Positions 62,896-64,000 of a DNA stretch of 64,000 bases are shown here, in pieces. The translations under genes and the position numbers were made by a program. Source of the stretch: Anthoceros angustus (Eukaryota > Plantae > Anthocerotophyta); NCBI GenBank assembly GCA_010909165.1, contig VJWM01000238.1:124001-188000 (forward strand), given 5' to 3'. The notes under the pieces are model-generated. The model ran no database searches, was not told the DNA's origin, and worked only from the letters and a program-made list of their open reading frames with translations. Position 1 is the first letter of the stretch, and each line of letters opens with the position of its first letter.

Positions 62896-64000
62896 TTACC
62901 AGTCGTAGACCATGCGAACTTCGACAAGATTGGCATGTGGGACTCGCAAGTCCTCAATACCAGACCTACAGTTGTGCTGCAGAAGGTAGTAGAGCTTGTT
63001 TATCACAAATCTCTTGAACCATCCGCTGCAACTGGCTTTGGGAACCTCCAGCCTGGAAATTCCCTTCACATAGATGGCTCCACTGTTAGCTGCAGTTTGC
63101 AACTCCAGAAGCTCCTCTCCTGCCGAGGAACCATCTGTGTCGACTTCGTGGGTTTCCAAGTAATTCTGCAGGCATTCGATGACCTGCAACATGAATCCCT
63201 TCTCTGCAACATCCACCAGGTCTTTGTACCCGTATCGGGCCACACACCGGTACACTCCAGGCCCGTATCCCACCTTGCCCACAAGGTACCTTTCGCTGGA
63301 GATGACGCTCTTGACAGGGATGAATCTGATGGTGGTGAAGACTAGGATCCGGTGCAAGCTCCGCACATTCTGCACATAGTGAGTGAAGACAGGAGGCGGC
63401 CCCTCCTGCAGCTCGCTGTAGAAGAAGCAGATGCCTGGAACTCTGGTGATGTCGGAAGGTCCGGTCAGGAGACCTCGCAGGTTCTCAGCACTGATTCTGT
63501 GCTGCACCTCGTAGGCATGCTTCTCCCCACGCCCGTAGTTCCAGACACCCATGACTCCCAGGAATGCTGCTGCAATCCCAAAAGGCACCCATCCTCCATG
63601 TGCGAACTTCACCATCACTGATGACAGATAGGTACCTTCGATGCAGCTGAATGTGATGAAGAAGGCCAAAATCAAAGGCCAGGCTGTGTTCCATACCAGG
63701 AGCATGACAATAGACACAAGGGAAGTGGTGATGAGAAGATCAAAGAGCACAGCAACTCCATACGCGTTTGCAATCTTCCCACTGCTCTGGAAACCGCAAA
63801 CCATTGCCAGGCAGAGGACCATGAGCATGTAGTTTGCTGCTGGGCAGTAAATCTGCCCCTCCTCCTTCTCCGACGTATGCTTGATCTCCATTCTTGGAAG
63901 GCAGCCCAAAGCTATGGCTTGCTTGAACACAGAGAATGTGGCCGAAATGAGAGCCTGGCTGGCCACCACTGCTGCTAGTGTTGCCAGGCCGAACACCGGC
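62896..64000 (-). CDS. HAK: HAK/KUP/KT potassium transporter, C-terminal part; runs off the window
   Basis: ASQALISATFS..ALGCLPR..HTS..EGQIYCP.ANY, AYGVAV, GGWVP, TRVPGICFFYSEL..PPVFTHYV, YRCVARYGYKD, LVEVRMVY. Confidence 0.95.
   Translation of the reverse strand, partial: PVFGLATLAAVVASQALISATFSVFKQAIALGCLPRMEIKHTSEKEEGQIYCPAANYMLMVLCLAMVCGFQSSGKIANAYGVAVLFDLLITTSLVSIVMLLVWNTAWPLILAFFITFSCIEGTYLSSVMVKFAHGGWVPFGIAAAFLGVMGVWNYGRGEKHAYEVQHRISAENLRGLLTGPSDITRVPGICFFYSELQEGPPPVFTHYVQNVRSLHRILVFTTIRFIPVKSVISSERYLVGKVGYGPGVYRCVARYGYKDLVDVAEKGFMLQVIECLQNYLETHEVDTDGSSAGEELLELQTAANSGAIYVKGISRLEVPKASCSGWFKRFVINKLYYLLQHNCRSGIEDLRVPHANLVEVRMVYDW

Noticed and set aside
62884-63832. Plus-strand ORFs over HAK (likewise 19802-20293 over the PPR and minus-strand ORFs over RNR1)
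   Set aside because: They are antisense shadows of real coding sequence.
1-64000. tRNA or rRNA genes
   Set aside because: None were recognised; the tRNA-complementary stretches are only retrotransposon PBS motifs.

Overview
Plant nuclear DNA, probably from a non-seed land plant such as a fern or lycophyte. That placement is inferred from the PLS-class PPR style, the CRE and Sola elements, and the short GT-AG introns. A small gene island holds a PLS-E PPR gene (-), head-to-head with an intact 17-exon ribonucleotide reductase large subunit gene (+). The 3' part of a HAK/KUP K+ transporter (-) lies at the right edge. The rest is nested transposable-element sequence: a full-length Copia element with identical 173-bp LTRs and a GTGAG target-site duplication (5550-14105), three other Copia families (fragments), Gypsy remnants with long antisense accessory ORFs, a CRE-type non-LTR RT, a Sola-type transposase beside a Myb/SANT gene, and an AT-rich RING-H2 cassette packed with tandem repeats. 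Main observations: (1) two distinct Copia families carry what looks like a homologous, unnamed antisense ORF between RNase H and the 3' LTR, and one also has an extra ORF before gag; (2) two inversions can be resolved to the base because undoing them restores split reading frames; (3) several tandem duplications are bounded by 7-10 nt microhomologies, and one is bridged by a patch copied from an LTR. Repeat copies show deletion-rich noise that is hard to reconcile with the identical LTRs, so many frameshifts are probably long-read consensus errors. All homology calls come from motif recognition by eye, not from searches.
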